A stretch of 63,918 nucleotides of DNA, filler included, from Corallochytrium limacisporum Hawaii (GCA_002811645.1; 4 parts of 4 records of this genome joined end to end with filler, not necessarily neighbours in it); one strand, 5' to 3'; counted from the whole stretch's first letter, positions 9,695 through 21,723 are shown. Numbers and translations are program-made. The notes: generated by a model from the sequence alone, not told the origin.

Positions 9695-11281
9695 CTAATG
9701 ACAAAAATCGGAACTGTGTTCGCAAAGCAAGTTTGCAACAAAGATTCTAACCTGTCCTCTCATTTCGTCCACTCCTTGTGCTTCGCCGTCAGACGGCAAA
9801 AGCATATCTGCACAATGAGCGGATGCAGGATTGAAAACCGTAGAGAGATCTGGAGAATCAGGGTCGAGAACGCTTAGAACGTGCCAGGGGTCGATGCCTC
9901 CGTTCACGAAGAGGACGCTGGATCCTGCGTACGCTTTACCGCCATAACGACGATTGAGTTCGGATGTGGGAGGACGATTCAAGGTTCCGTACAAGTCCTC
10001 GCACAGTTGGAGATAGTACGTCAAGTCAAGACCTGTTCCAAATATATCGTACTTTCCGTTCTTTTTCTCTGTCCCGTCAGTGGTCTGATAGTATCCAAAT
10101 TCGTAGCAAGTTTGCCAGAGCCAGCTGCGATCTGCCAGGTCGGACGGGTCGGTGGGATGGCGCAAAGCCTTGACAGTGGAGTCATAGGACGTGTCGATGC
10201 AGTCGCCGTCGGCCGTCGGGAAGATTTGGTCGTATGTTTGCGCCAATGCGAGGAGGTCATCCTTCGGTGCATTCTGGCCATTGAGAGCATTGCAAAAGTC
10301 CGCCACGGTGGGTTGTCCAGGAAGCTCTGAATTGTACTGAGTCATCCCCATGATGTTACCGGCTAGGAAACTAACCACGGTTGCGTCATCCATAACATCC
10401 GGCTTCACGCTACAGAGATGGAAAGCATCGGCTAGATTTTGACGGTCGTCCGTGTCCTGATCATTGAGAATGGCATCGATGGCACTGAATGCGCTGCGCA
10501 CACGATTTTTACAAGCATTGCCTCCAAAGAATTGTAGAGCATGTGCAACTACCTCCAGATACTGGTAAAAGTCCGTTTCAGCCTCCACCGGTGCACTACT
10601 GGCAACGCTACCGATCACCAAATGCGGATACTTCAACCTATACCACGCACTCAGATTACCCGGGTAGCTACCTCCGAACACGATCACTGGTGTGCCCTTG
10701 GGGACATCAAATTTTTTCAAGGCCCACGCTTGGAAACGGGCCAAGTCCTCGAGGGCCTGGGCGCTGTTTAAATACTCCAGACTTCGTACACTCAGGTCAG
10801 GCAGTGGCTGTGATTCGCCATAGAAGCGATGTTCAGGGGCCAGCAAAAGTGCACCATGCTCTTTAGCCAACTCGACGTAGTACATGGAGCTAACATAGCC
10901 TATGCTAATCGGACCTTCCCCTCCAATTTGAATAAAGACAGGGCCAGTTTGGTTGTAGAAATCGGTTCTCCATGCATATCGCTGGCTCCAAAACTGTTCA
11001 TCGGAGAGGTCGAAGTGGTCTAGTCGCTGATTATGGTAGAAGTCCATCCCCATCGTGCCATTCGAGTCCTGATTAGAATTCGACTCTTCTACAGAGCCAT
11101 CAGCGAGCTGTTGCCCCTCCCAACGTTCCAATACGTAACTGATACCACCCCTATGCGACTTTGCATGAATACCTGCAGATTTCGTGCGCGGTGTCGTCTC
11201 TTCCTTTGTTGGCTGGGCAGTCGTCTTGGCAGCCGCCTGGCAAATTACAGCCAAGAGTAACGGGAAGACAAAGCAATGCAT
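9695..11281 (-). CDS. Secreted serine peptidase, family S28 (PRCP/DPP7/PRSS16-like)
   Basis: QRLDHF, GGEG, EHRFYGES, QALEDLA, nucleophile GGSYPG, NGGIDPW, SAHCAD; signal peptide; first ATG at 11281. Confidence 0.95.
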   Translation of the reverse strand: MHCFVFPLLLAVICQAAAKTTAQPTKEETTPRTKSAGIHAKSHRGGISYVLERWEGQQLADGSVEESNSNQDSNGTMGMDFYHNQRLDHFDLSDEQFWSQRYAWRTDFYNQTGPVFIQIGGEGPISIGYVSSMYYVELAKEHGALLLAPEHRFYGESQPLPDLSVRSLEYLNSAQALEDLARFQAWALKKFDVPKGTPVIVFGGSYPGNLSAWYRLKYPHLVIGSVASSAPVEAETDFYQYLEVVAHALQFFGGNACKNRVRSAFSAIDAILNDQDTDDRQNLADAFHLCSVKPDVMDDATVVSFLAGNIMGMTQYNSELPGQPTVADFCNALNGQNAPKDDLLALAQTYDQIFPTADGDCIDTSYDSTVKALRHPTDPSDLADRSWLWQTCYEFGYYQTTDGTEKKNGKYDIFGTGLDLTYYLQLCEDLYGTLNRPPTSELNRRYGGKAYAGSSVLFVNGGIDPWHVLSVLDPDSPDLSTVFNPASAHCADMLLPSDGEAQGVDEMRGQVRIFVANLLCEHSSDFCH

Positions 11282-12909
11282 TTTGAACAACGGATATGTT
11301 TACGTCCTTTGTAGCAACAAATTTCTTGGAACGGCCACGTAAATGGTTAATTTCGCTTTCCTGTCAGAACGTGTTCCGCAGATCACTTTAAATAGTTCGC
11401 CGAGTGATCTTGTATGGATCACATGTATAATTTACTGAAGGCCAATGACTGTTTGTCTCTCTCTCTCTCCCCCTCGTCTACTTTACATGTGCAAATTAGG
11501 CACACAAATGAGTCCTGCGCACCTTGCTCAGATATGGTCTTCGGCTCTCGTGCTAACTTCTGTTTAATCTGGTGTATGCAGACTTTGTGGTCGATCCATC
11601 CGCGCATCCTCTCACATACTCTTGTTGGCTATGGCGACACCATGGACTCCGTAGCCGCGGTACAGGTAAGGTCGAGGGAAAAAAGAATTGGAAGGTAGGT
11701 GGGGCAGGAAGAGTGCGCACAGTGGGGGACGGGGACCCCCCACCCGGGGGGGGGGGACAGGGAACAGGGGCGTAAATCGGAATCCCCCTTTGAGCTGATT
11801 GCGGAAGGAAAGGGAGAAACAAGGCCGCCATAGTGCGGCACCTCCACCTGCATCGGTAAAAGGACGAGTACAGGATTACACACCAAATCCCGCGGGTGGG
11901 GTACACCCCCCCCCTCCCCCGGGGGAGTAGGGGGAGGGGCGTAAATGAGTTCAGCAGAAAAGGGAAGTTTCTGCTTCGGATGGAATTTTCGACCTTGCAC
12001 GGGCCGAAAATTCGCAAGGGGGCGGTAAGGGCCGCATGTACCGACGTAGACCGTTGGTCGTCACAAATCTTGCGCAAGGTACAATTCGGCCATCAGAAGT
12101 TTGAGACGGATTGTGAATGGAAACCGGCGGGTTGGGTGAGGAAAGCCTTATACGCTCACGTGACAAGCCTGCGAATGAAACGACACTGCAAATTACCACC
12201 GATCTCCTACCCACCCAAATCGCCAAAGCCAAGTTACGTCAGATCGGAAGAGTAAGAGTATGAGTTCTCGGAGCAACATTGGGGCAGGAATTGGATGCTC
12301 TACCCGCTCTGTTTTCTTCCAGAGGGTGTTAATTATTTATTTACTAGTATGGGGTGCGCACTCGTGTTGGTCTGTTGCTGTGTTCCATTTATCAGGTCGC
12401 CTTGTTCAATGACACGTCAACATGCTCCAGAACTTGTGTACATAAGCCAGATACTATCAACCTTATTCATGGAGAAACTGTTGGATTGACTCTATAAGCT
12501 CCCGTTAGATCTCAAAGAAAAGGATATGAATAGTTGCAGGGTGTTAAGGCAATTAGAAACCCAACTCAAAGTAAACTGTTGCCGAGCTCCATGGTTCATA
12601 CTCAGTGTATTTCACGCAGCGTGCGCTCCGGGCAAGCCACCAGACGAACTCGTCACATGGGATCAGTGAGGTTTGGGGAATGGCAACGTCTCTTGTGTTT
12701 CTGGTCTTCGAGGGGTTTCACACCTGCCTCCAACATGGCAAATTCAATGTATTGGAACTTTTATCATGAATGAACATGCGTGTGGCCGGGACAGTACTCA
12801 AGTTTTCTACGGATAAATTCAGCTTCACAATTTTGTTTACCCGTATAAATACAAGGTGACTGAATTAAGGATCCTTTGATCTCGGAAACAGGGTACGAAG
12901 TCACAGAGT

Positions 12910-13335
12910 CTATTGCCAGTGGCAAGGATCCACGGGGTCGTCACAACGGTTCTTGCATATGGGCTGTTTGCTCGGGTTCGCTTGAGGTTTGCACCAGCCT
13001 CCCTTACACCAAGCATCAAAGGAGCACCTTTCGCCGATGTCTGCCGCATGCTCACTGTCTGGGTTTACGGCGCAGTAATTGTTAAGACAGAAGCCCGAGA
13101 AGCACTCACTGTCCAGAGAGCATGGGGCATTAATGCGACGGTGTTCGCCGAGATCCATGCACGTACCTAGGTACTTTCCGCCCACGAAATCAAAGGCACA
13201 GCCATTGTAATCACAGCATTCGTATCCTGTAGTGCAAGCTTCACCCACTTTCTGGCAATGCCCATCCTTGACGATGGGAGAGGCGGTAGCCATACCGACA
13301 AGAGCACTGAGAGCAATGGCAAAGAAAGTTTTCAT
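12910..13335 (-). CDS. Secreted Cys-rich knottin-containing protein, array copy 1 (16 Cys)
   Basis: Signal peptide ending ASPIV; C-x6-C-x5-CC-x4-C-x12-C, then NAPC and CxxDxxCxGGWC modules. Confidence 0.9.
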   Translation of the reverse strand: MKTFFAIALSALVGMATASPIVKDGHCQKVGEACTTGYECCDYNGCAFDFVGGKYLGTCMDLGEHRRINAPCSLDSECFSGFCLNNYCAVNPDSEHAADIGERCSFDAWCKGGWCKPQANPSKQPICKNRCDDPVDPCHWQ

Positions 13336-13440
13336 ATTGAACAGGGATCGGTTGGTTAGATCAGGTGAGAACTTTGAAATGACAAAAGCAAATTGGTTAG
13401 AAATTCTCGAATACGATCAGACTTGACCCGCGGTACATGT

Positions 13441-13449
13441 TTAAATACC
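13441..13449 (-). promoter_or_regulatory. TATA-like motif GGTATTTAA
   Basis: 114 nt upstream of ATG 13335. Confidence 0.6.
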
Positions 13450-15288
13450 TTTGTTTGCATCACCGGTCCTCCACTGTCAACGTTGATTGTGTCGAAGTTT
13501 GCAATCACGGGGGTAACCGGGAGGCACCACCGCCAAGGTGGCTCCCGAAGCGATCCCCTTCTCCGCGATCCAGCAGTATTACCCAATTTGGCATGAACGA
13601 CTCATATGATTCGATGTGTTCCTGCAACCCACACCATGCGCAACAACCGCAGAGATTGTACTTTGATACTGCACCCGTGTCGTTCTGGGACTGAGGGGAA
13701 TGCTCTTACCAGATTGTAGAATATATAGCAAAGCTTTGCCTATGACATGCTTGTCCCTTGCCTTACACAAATCTCTTTCTTTTCGGAGGTTAGCTGCTGC
13801 TCCTGGGGGGGTCTCCGAACACGGGCCCAACCCCTTCAATTCCTCACTCGCCCTCTCCCTCTCTCTCCCTCTCTCCCTCTCTCTCTCGGTTTCCTAGGGC
13901 CTCCCTGATTTCCTGGGTACCACCGGTCGGTGGCGACACCTTCAGAAGGCCGAAGCGAATGTGCGGAAAATTTCTTGAGTGCGACAACCCGCAGAGAGCT
14001 CCCTCACGAACCACATTACAATTGTACACAAGTCGAAGGAGGCGATATACTTTGGTGTGTATTCTCTCTTTCTTTGGTCGATTGATCGCTTTGGTTTTTG
14101 AATTCGGCATGACACGTCCATGGTCAATAACATGGGCATCGCAGAGCGTGAGATGTCCAGGATTTTGAGAAAACCGAGATAGCTCGAAGGATTGATGGCC
14201 ACAGTTCATTGGGTTGATTGTCCGAGAGGGCGCGGCCTCAGGACTGGGCAAAGGTGGAAAACAAGCAAAATGAGACAGAGACCGCTTGGGGTACCATCGC
14301 CGTGCGGTCCCTCGAGGGTCGTAGTCTCATCCTTTGCTAATGCAACCGCGGGCTTATTTTCCCGGCGCCCTTCCGTTGGCATTTCACCGATGGGTCCCCA
14401 CCGAGGGAAGAAACTTACGGGCAGGTTTTCAGATTTCGCGAAGGACTGCTGGGTATTTCACTATGCTATCAGAGAATCCAAACTTCGGGTGCGATAACAA
14501 TACCGCCATCTGAAGCGGAAAATTCGGAGCGGGATTCCGCTGTTGTGGCCAATAAACACTGTGGTTTGGAACCGCGATTGTAGCGTTCAGAGCTTCCACG
14601 TCTTGACCGTGATTTCAGCTTGAACGCTTAGTCAGGACCACGGCGGCGACAAGGGGATTGTCCGACGGACCCCTATTTTGCATTAGTCATGCGCCGCACC
14701 TGAAAATGCAGATACTGAGGTCCCGCCGTTCAGTCCCGCCAACAGCGTCCTTGTTGATAGATCTCAATTATAACGTCCCGGACGTGACAACGGGTTGCAC
14801 TAACAACCTTGTGAATGTCAGTAGCACTACCGTAGAGGTCAATCAGGCACCGCCCATCATGTTGGTATGGTGGCTGGGCCATCATCATTGTCACTAAGGA
14901 AACGACTCACAATCTCAGAGACTACAGTCGGTCACCAACGACAACACAAGCCATTGTCCAACGGTCAAAAGAATATATGGCTCATCCTCCCATTAAATTT
15001 CAAGACGATCAAGATACTAATTGCTCTCAAACTTCACTTTATTGCTCTTGTCACTCATATCCTGTCTTTGGTATGAAAATCCAAGGTGTGTCTCCAAAAT
15101 GCAAAATCTGTGTCAAATAGAGCATGGAGTTCGAGGCAGAAATTTTACCAAAGACTACTGTGTGGTATGACCGCATGCACTGGGCATGACTCGGAGTGTA
15201 CGTGGGTGACGTTGCAAGCAATTTTCAAGCAGAAACAGTACCTGCAATGATTTCATCCAATTGTGGATTCCTCAAAGTTCCGACTTAT

Positions 15289-15708
15289 TTACCATTTCGT
15301 GGGGTCGGTAGGGTGGTTGATTCGGTCCGCGCAGGTGGGTGCATTCTTAGAATTGCTTTCATCTGGTTTGCACCAACCTCCCTTGCACCAAGAATCAAAT
15401 GAGCATGCATGGCCATCCTCAAACAGAGGCCCGTCCGCTTGAGGTGCACAGTGGAAGTTCGTGCAGGTGTACGAAAAGCAGTCGTCGTCAACTTTGCACG
15501 GGGCGTTAATACGAGCGTACGGGGCCAACTCATTGCAAACACCAACGTAGTTACCTCCCTTGTTCTGGAAAACGCAACCATTGTTGTTGCAACAGTCAGA
15601 TCCAGAGATACACACTTCGTTTGCTTCTTTGCATTCAGGTTCAGCGATGGGTGAAGCAGACGCCATTCCAGCCAGGGCACCGACGACAATGGTAAGCAAT
15701 GTCTTCAT
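15289..15708 (-). CDS. Secreted Cys-rich knottin-containing protein, array copy 2 (14 Cys)
   Basis: Same signal peptide and cysteine framework as its neighbours. Confidence 0.9.
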   Translation of the reverse strand: MKTLLTIVVGALAGMASASPIAEPECKEANEVCISGSDCCNNNGCVFQNKGGNYVGVCNELAPYARINAPCKVDDDCFSYTCTNFHCAPQADGPLFEDGHACSFDSWCKGGWCKPDESNSKNAPTCADRINHPTDPTKW

Positions 15709-15838
15709 GTTGAACAGAGATCAGGTGACGATATCAGGCAAACGTTCTGGTAATGAATAAAAAACTAGCCGCTTGTATAATACTTGAGCACAGTTAAGCT
15801 GAAGAATGGGCACCCTGTTGATCCACATACACTCACAT

Positions 15839-15847
15839 TTAAATACG
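15839..15847 (-). promoter_or_regulatory. TATA-like motif CGTATTTAA
   Basis: 139 nt upstream of ATG 15708. Confidence 0.5.
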
Positions 15848-17385
15848 TTTTGAGCCGACGCAAGTGACATCGACGGTGCTGTGTCCGTAGGGTAGGAAAT
15901 CGGACACATAAGGCTACCCGCGGCAGCATCCCTATCAAAGAGACACACGCAAACAAAATTTTACATCAATCCAAAACAGAAGCTGGAACGGATGGACAAG
16001 GAAGCTCCAATTCCATGAGAGTCCCGTGCTTTCACTATGAACCCAGGACGACAGATCGTCCTGTGCGTGCCCCCCCCCCCCAAAACACCCCAGGGGCCTT
16101 TCCCCGGGGGTGAGGAGAACCCTGCTCCGTGAAGAATTACCTATTTCGGTATCCATCGAAAGCTCTCCCCGCTAGGACGGCGTACCTCAGTTCCCACCTT
16201 CCTTTGAGGTGCAGACAATGGAATGCATCTCAAACACTAAATCTGTGGTCGGTGGTGACACTGATATGGGGTTTCCAGCGTGCATTCATGTGACCAGAAT
16301 AATCTAAAAAAAAATCTACATGGTTCACTGCCCAGAAATTGCATGCCCGTGCGATGGCAGGTAGCGGCTCCAGTCTCACGAAGTCTTGGATCGCTTTTCA
16401 GTCAACGCTCAGACCAGATAACTTGCGCAACTGGGAGTGGTACTTGCAGTATACTAAACGGCTGCTGTCGGCCACGCTCATGGGGCTCTGCAGACCGAGA
16501 AGGGGGGGGGGCCGGGGCAAAATTTTGCGATTCCTGCCCCCACCGTTGGTTTGGAATGTTGCTGGCAACAGTTTTTGGTGTTTTCACAAAGGGGGCGCGG
16601 CCGAGGCCTCTGGTTGCAAAGGAGCGATGGTGGGGCCTGGGGTCCCAATTGCAATGGACTGTCGAGCCCCTGGACACTTTGCCGGGATACTTTTGGGTAG
16701 TGAATTGCTACGTGGTGACCTCAATTTCTCTAGGGCCGGAACCCACATGAAGAATTCTCTGCGCGAGTCGTATGGCGGCACCACGCGGTCCTACGTGGAG
16801 CTTGGGCAGGCACGCAGAACGGCTCCGGACGGACTAGCAAGATCAGCAGAAACTGGACGCACACAATTTTTGCTATCCCTTCATCTAAAGGAATGCATAC
16901 CCGGAGCAAGGTTGGAATCTGAAATGATACCAGTACCCCAATTGGTAGGCGCCAAGAGACGAATTGGACGATAAAGGATTGGCACGGTTCATGGCACAAG
17001 CAGGATCATAGGCTGTATCCTGTACAAATTCACATTCTTCACGGATCTTGTTATCCGGGGATGGAGCCACTGAGACACTGCTACACTCAGCAACACCTAC
17101 GTGGGCGTACCGCCTAACCCATTCCAGTGAATGAAAAGTTGGTGCTGCTCACTATGGAAACAGTTCTGAAAATGCAGTATTGTCAGTCGGGCGGAAAGCA
17201 CGTTGATCAACAGCCGACTGACCAGCTTCGACAAGGACGGACCTGCCAGTCGTAGGCTGGCTGCATATAGATGGCGGGAGCTTCAAGGGAAGAACAAATT
17301 CATTTTAGGAAAACAATTGTATCGTATATAGATTTATTGTATCAAGGTTTGCATGCGGGTCGACCGTGGATGCCTGCCATAGACT

Positions 17386-17826
17386 TCAGAGGTTTCTTAA
17401 CCACTTCGCTGGATCCTCCGGATAGTCAGCACGATCCGCACATGTGGGTCGGCTCTCGGGGTCTTCGTATTTGCACCAACCTCCAGCACAGTGAGCATCC
17501 CATGAACATTCTTCACCGTCTGCCCGAGGTACCGGATTGCCATAGCTTGGACCAGGGGCGCAGTGGTTGTTTTGGCAGTTGGAGGTCCAGCACTCCGAGT
17601 CATCAGTACAAGGGGCATTCATACGAACATACTGACCATCCATGCTGGTGCACTTACCAACCCAGTTTCCATACCCCGGGTTATCAAAGACGCATGCATT
17701 GAAGTCACAACAGTCAATTCCGGAAGTGCATGATTGTCCAGGTGCCTGACATTCAGTTTCAACAATGGGTGAAGCGGTCACAATGCCGACAAGGGCACTG
17801 ACAGCAAGAGTAATAAAGACCTTCAT
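17386..17826 (-). CDS. Secreted Cys-rich knottin-containing protein, array copy 3
   Basis: Same framework; four-residue C-terminal extension relative to copy 4 caused by a 1-nt indel at the stop. Confidence 0.9.
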   Translation of the reverse strand: MKVFITLAVSALVGIVTASPIVETECQAPGQSCTSGIDCCDFNACVFDNPGYGNWVGKCTSMDGQYVRMNAPCTDDSECWTSNCQNNHCAPGPSYGNPVPRADGEECSWDAHCAGGWCKYEDPESRPTCADRADYPEDPAKWLRNL

Positions 17827-17941
17827 ATTAAACGGTGATCAGGTTCTTTGATCAGTTGAATTATAAAAACTACTCGCTTCTAAATAGTCTGGAGTGGTTC
17901 AGAGAGCATTCACAGTCCCTTCATCTCTCCCATAATCTGAC

Positions 17942-17950
17942 TTAAATACC
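17942..17950 (-). promoter_or_regulatory. TATA-like motif GGTATTTAA
   Basis: 124 nt upstream of ATG 17826. Confidence 0.6.
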
Positions 17951-19330
17951 TTTGGAGGCATGTTGTCTGACATCCACTGTCGCGTGTCAGTGATGTGTTT
18001 AATCGAAATTGTTTCCGCATCAGCAACACTGCTAATGAAACAGGTCCACTCAAACGGGACGCACCAAAAGGCTACGCTTGATGTCCACAAGACGCACCAC
18101 ATGGTCTTCGAAGTACTCTGTAGCTTCGCAAATATAGTTGTGGTGGGAACAATATACCAAGCGACAGCTCAGTCCGGTCATATCACAGTATACAAAGAAA
18201 CACCCGATTTGGCATTGGTGTGGACAATTCCCATAGCCCAAGTGCAACGCTGGCACCTGTGGCAAAGGTACTTCCATTTGCGAATTGACACATTGGAAGA
18301 GATATAGTGACTTGGAACTCAAAACGGATGAACAGACGAAGACGATGAGATGCAAAAGCATGAGCAGAGACTGACCGCCTTGGCAAACTAATCCAGAAAG
18401 TGTGGTTTACCCACCTGTATATGTCATGCAAAGCGTCGGCGCACGCTATGGTCGTTGTGCTTCCGCCGACCAAGAAGTCCCTGTTCATCGTTGCCGTACC
18501 TAGCAGTCGGGCTGGGTTCTGTTGGGGCGTATCAAATTGCTTGGTGCGGTAAGTCCGGTACCAATTGCCTATACGAAAGTCTCACCATACCCATATCAAA
18601 TCATCCAGCGCACGATATTGCAATTCCCGCCCTCGCCCTGCCAGGTAGGTTGCTTGCAACAGTTGGGCTTTAGACACAAACGCGGGGGCGGATCTACCAG
18701 AAAAAGTCTCCCCCCCCCCCGGGGAGGGGAGGGATCGGAGAAAGCTGTGGTAAAGGCGACTCACCTAGCCCTATCCAAAGACGGGCACAATGCAGTTCCG
18801 GCTCGGACTTGACCACACAGTGCGTTGCATGGAGCCCCCGGGAAGAGTCAGCAAAAGTAGAAGCACAACAACTGCACTACATACGGCAGCTCAATCATGC
18901 AGTAGCACAAGATTACGACTTTCAGGACATTTACAACTGTGACGCGTAAACGAACCGATATGGGGATAAGGCAGCTGTTACAGCCACAGTACCGTTGGTA
19001 GCCTTGAATTGATACACTGCTGCACTCCGCGACGCCTACGCAGGCATACCGCCTAACCCATTACAGTAAATGAAAAGTTGGTGCTGCTCACTATGGAAAC
19101 AGTTCTGAAATGCAGTATTGTCAGTCGGGCGGAAAGCACGTTGATCAGCAGCCGACTGACCAGCTTCGACAAGGACGGACCTGCCAGTCACAGGCTGCAT
19201 ATAGATAGCGGGAACTTTAAGGGAAGAACAAATTCATTTTAGGAAAACAATTGTATCGTATATAGATTTATTGTATCAAGGTTTGCATGCGGATTGACCG
19301 TGGATGCCTGCCATAGACTTCAGAGGTTTC

Positions 19331-19756
19331 TTACCACTTCGCTGGATCCTCCGGATAGTCAGCACGATCCGCACATGTGGGTTGGGTCTTGGAGTCTTCG
19401 TATTTGCACCAACCTCCAGCACACTGAGCATCGAATGAACAACTATGGCCATTCTCAAACTGACCGCCACCAATGCTACCTTCAGCACCAGGAGCGCAAT
19501 AGTTGTTTGTGCATGTGCCAGACCAGCAGTCAGTGTGGACATCACACGGTGCGTTCACACGTCGATAAGATTGACACGTACCAGACCAGTATCCGTTTTG
19601 ACCTCCATGCTTCTGATAAAGGCAACCACCGTAGTCACAACAGTCAATTCCGGAAGTGCATGATTGTCCAGGTGCCTGACATTCAGTTTCAACAATGGGT
19701 GAAGCGGGTACAATGCCGACAAGGGCGCTGACAGCAAGAGTAATAAAGATCTTCAT
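19331..19756 (-). CDS. Secreted Cys-rich knottin-containing protein, array copy 4
   Basis: Same framework; closest relative of copy 3. Confidence 0.9.
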   Translation of the reverse strand: MKIFITLAVSALVGIVPASPIVETECQAPGQSCTSGIDCCDYGGCLYQKHGGQNGYWSGTCQSYRRVNAPCDVHTDCWSGTCTNNYCAPGAEGSIGGGQFENGHSCSFDAQCAGGWCKYEDSKTQPTCADRADYPEDPAKW

Positions 19757-19884
19757 ATTGAACAGTGATCAGGTTCTTAGATCAGTAGAATATTGAGAAC
19801 TAATCCAAAGTCTGGATACTTTGAAATGGCTGGGAATGGTGTAGACAGCATTCACAGTCCCTCCATATCTCCCATACTCCTGAC

Positions 19885-19893
19885 TTAAATACG
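19885..19893 (-). promoter_or_regulatory. TATA-like motif CGTATTTAA
   Basis: 137 nt upstream of ATG 19756. Confidence 0.5.
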
Positions 19894-21159
19894 TTGGGGG
19901 GCATGTTGTCTGACATCCACTCGCGCGTGTCTGTAGTGTGCGTAATCGCAACGAGGACGCTATCCGCGTCAGCAATACTATTGATGGACAGGTCCACCCA
20001 AGTCGCATATATCAAATACAGTACTGAGGGACCAAAGAAACATCACAAGATTTCGGAAGAACCCCAGCTTGGCACACACAACTGTGGCGAGAACAGAAAT
20101 CAGACTTGCCGTTGGGAAACGAGAAATTTACCCGATTCGGCACTGGGGAGGGCGTCGTCGTACAACGATTTCTCCCACCTGCGATGATGGTAGGCAAGGG
20201 GGGGGGGGGCGCGGATATCGCGCACAGCCAAAACTAACTATGCCAGAATTGGGAAGGTTAATGTCCATGGGCCAAAAAAAAAAAACATACGCAAAGATTC
20301 TTAACTTTTGACAGGCTGATCACATAGAAATATTCAATTCACCACCGGTTTCATGCGTGTCGTAGAAAACGAGGTTCATGGTACTTTCCGCGGACTATAT
20401 CTTGCTCGAGCATCGTTTTCTTCGCGCAGCTTTTGGTTAAGGTTCTGTTTGGGTGCATCGCATTGTTTGACGGGCTCCACATCTGAACCACGTCATCGAC
20501 GAGCGAGATATCGCAACTGAATTTCCACCCCCACTCCTAACGGGTTGGGTGCTTGCAACAGTTGGGTTTGGTCACAGTGGGGCGGGGGGGCCGCCCGCCC
20601 AGGAGAAAAAGACTGAAAAGAACTAGGCAACACCCTTTTCCTGGGCCCTCCGCCAAAAAAAGACCAAAAAAAAAAAAACCAAATATACATGCGGGTGTCC
20701 GTAACAAGCGTCGGAGTGAACCAACTGGATGGAAGGATTCGCGTAGGAAGCGTAGGTCAACCTACACAGCGTTCAAGGTCCCGATTGCTGGCTACGTCAC
20801 TAGGTGGATCTACGCAATGAGAGTACGAATGATTGGAACAGGAAGTTTCTTCCACGTAGCGTCCCCACTTGAGAGCACATCGCCCTTAGTGGACTGTGTA
20901 CATGAGAAACACCCCATTTAACGCGAGATTGGTCTTCAATAACGGGTTTGGAAATCACGCCCTCAGCGAAAACAATGCATGCTGAATTTTAACAGCACAT
21001 GGGTTTGGAACACATTGAGTGGATTTGACCTAGTGCACTCGATCTCTATTAGCATTATAATATGATTTTGGAAGATCGTGGCGCCCAGGTCATGGTCCAG
21101 TGTGCAACGCTCACCTTTCAATTCAACATGACTGTTGACAGAGATTGTGCTCGAACACT

Positions 21160-21585
21160 TCACCAATGAGGGGGATCAGTAGGGTGCTCTTTACGGTCTC
21201 TGCAGACGAATCCTTGGCGATTGTCGGTCATGTCGCACCAGCCTCCAGCGCATTGGTTGTCGTAGATGCAATCGGCGCCGTTCTCGTACATGAACATCTC
21301 CGGGTTGAGAGCACAGAAACCTTTTTGACAATGGTCGGAAAGACATTGCTCGTTGTCATCACAGGGCGCATTCATACGGCGTTTTTCCCCAGCAAAGTCA
21401 AGGCACTGAGGATAGTTAGGGAGGGACCAAGCGGCACATGCACCCCAGTTACAGCACTCTGTTCCAGACGCGCAACCTTGTCCAGCTTCCTTGCAGTCTT
21501 CATCACCAGCGGTGGTGCCAACGATGGGAGACGCTGCAGTCATAGCAACCAGGGCACAAAGAGCAATACCAAAGAAATTCTTCAT
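21160..21585 (-). CDS. Secreted Cys-rich knottin-containing protein, array copy 5
   Basis: Same framework; ATG is at 21585 (ORF track start 21591 is TTG). Confidence 0.9.
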   Translation of the reverse strand: MKNFFGIALCALVAMTAASPIVGTTAGDEDCKEAGQGCASGTECCNWGACAAWSLPNYPQCLDFAGEKRRMNAPCDDNEQCLSDHCQKGFCALNPEMFMYENGADCIYDNQCAGGWCDMTDNRQGFVCRDRKEHPTDPPHW

Positions 21586-21714
21586 GTTCAACAGGGATCA
21601 GGTTGTTAGATCAGTTAAGATAGTTCAGAGATGTTGAAAGCAGACAGCTTTAAAATAAATCAGGATGGTTACACAGGTTGAAACGACCTCTCAACAGCCT
21701 GTGCATGCTCTTCG

Positions 21715-21723
21715 TTAAATACC
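21715..21723 (-). promoter_or_regulatory. TATA-like motif GGTATTTAA
   Basis: 138 nt upstream of ATG 21585. Confidence 0.6.

Larger units (their letters stand above)
17070..20580. repeat. Tandem segmental duplication, ~1.9-kb unit (about 17070-18680 and 19010-20580)
   Basis: Near-identical 3' flanks (17110-17450 vs 19048-19385) and 5' CDS; weaker matches upstream, e.g. gcttgcaacagttggg at ~18652 and ~20550. Confidence 0.9.

Noticed and set aside
16339-16974. 211-aa ORF between knottin copies 2 and 3
   Set aside because: Non-ATG start, no recognisable motif, crosses a homopolymer-rich low-quality-looking patch
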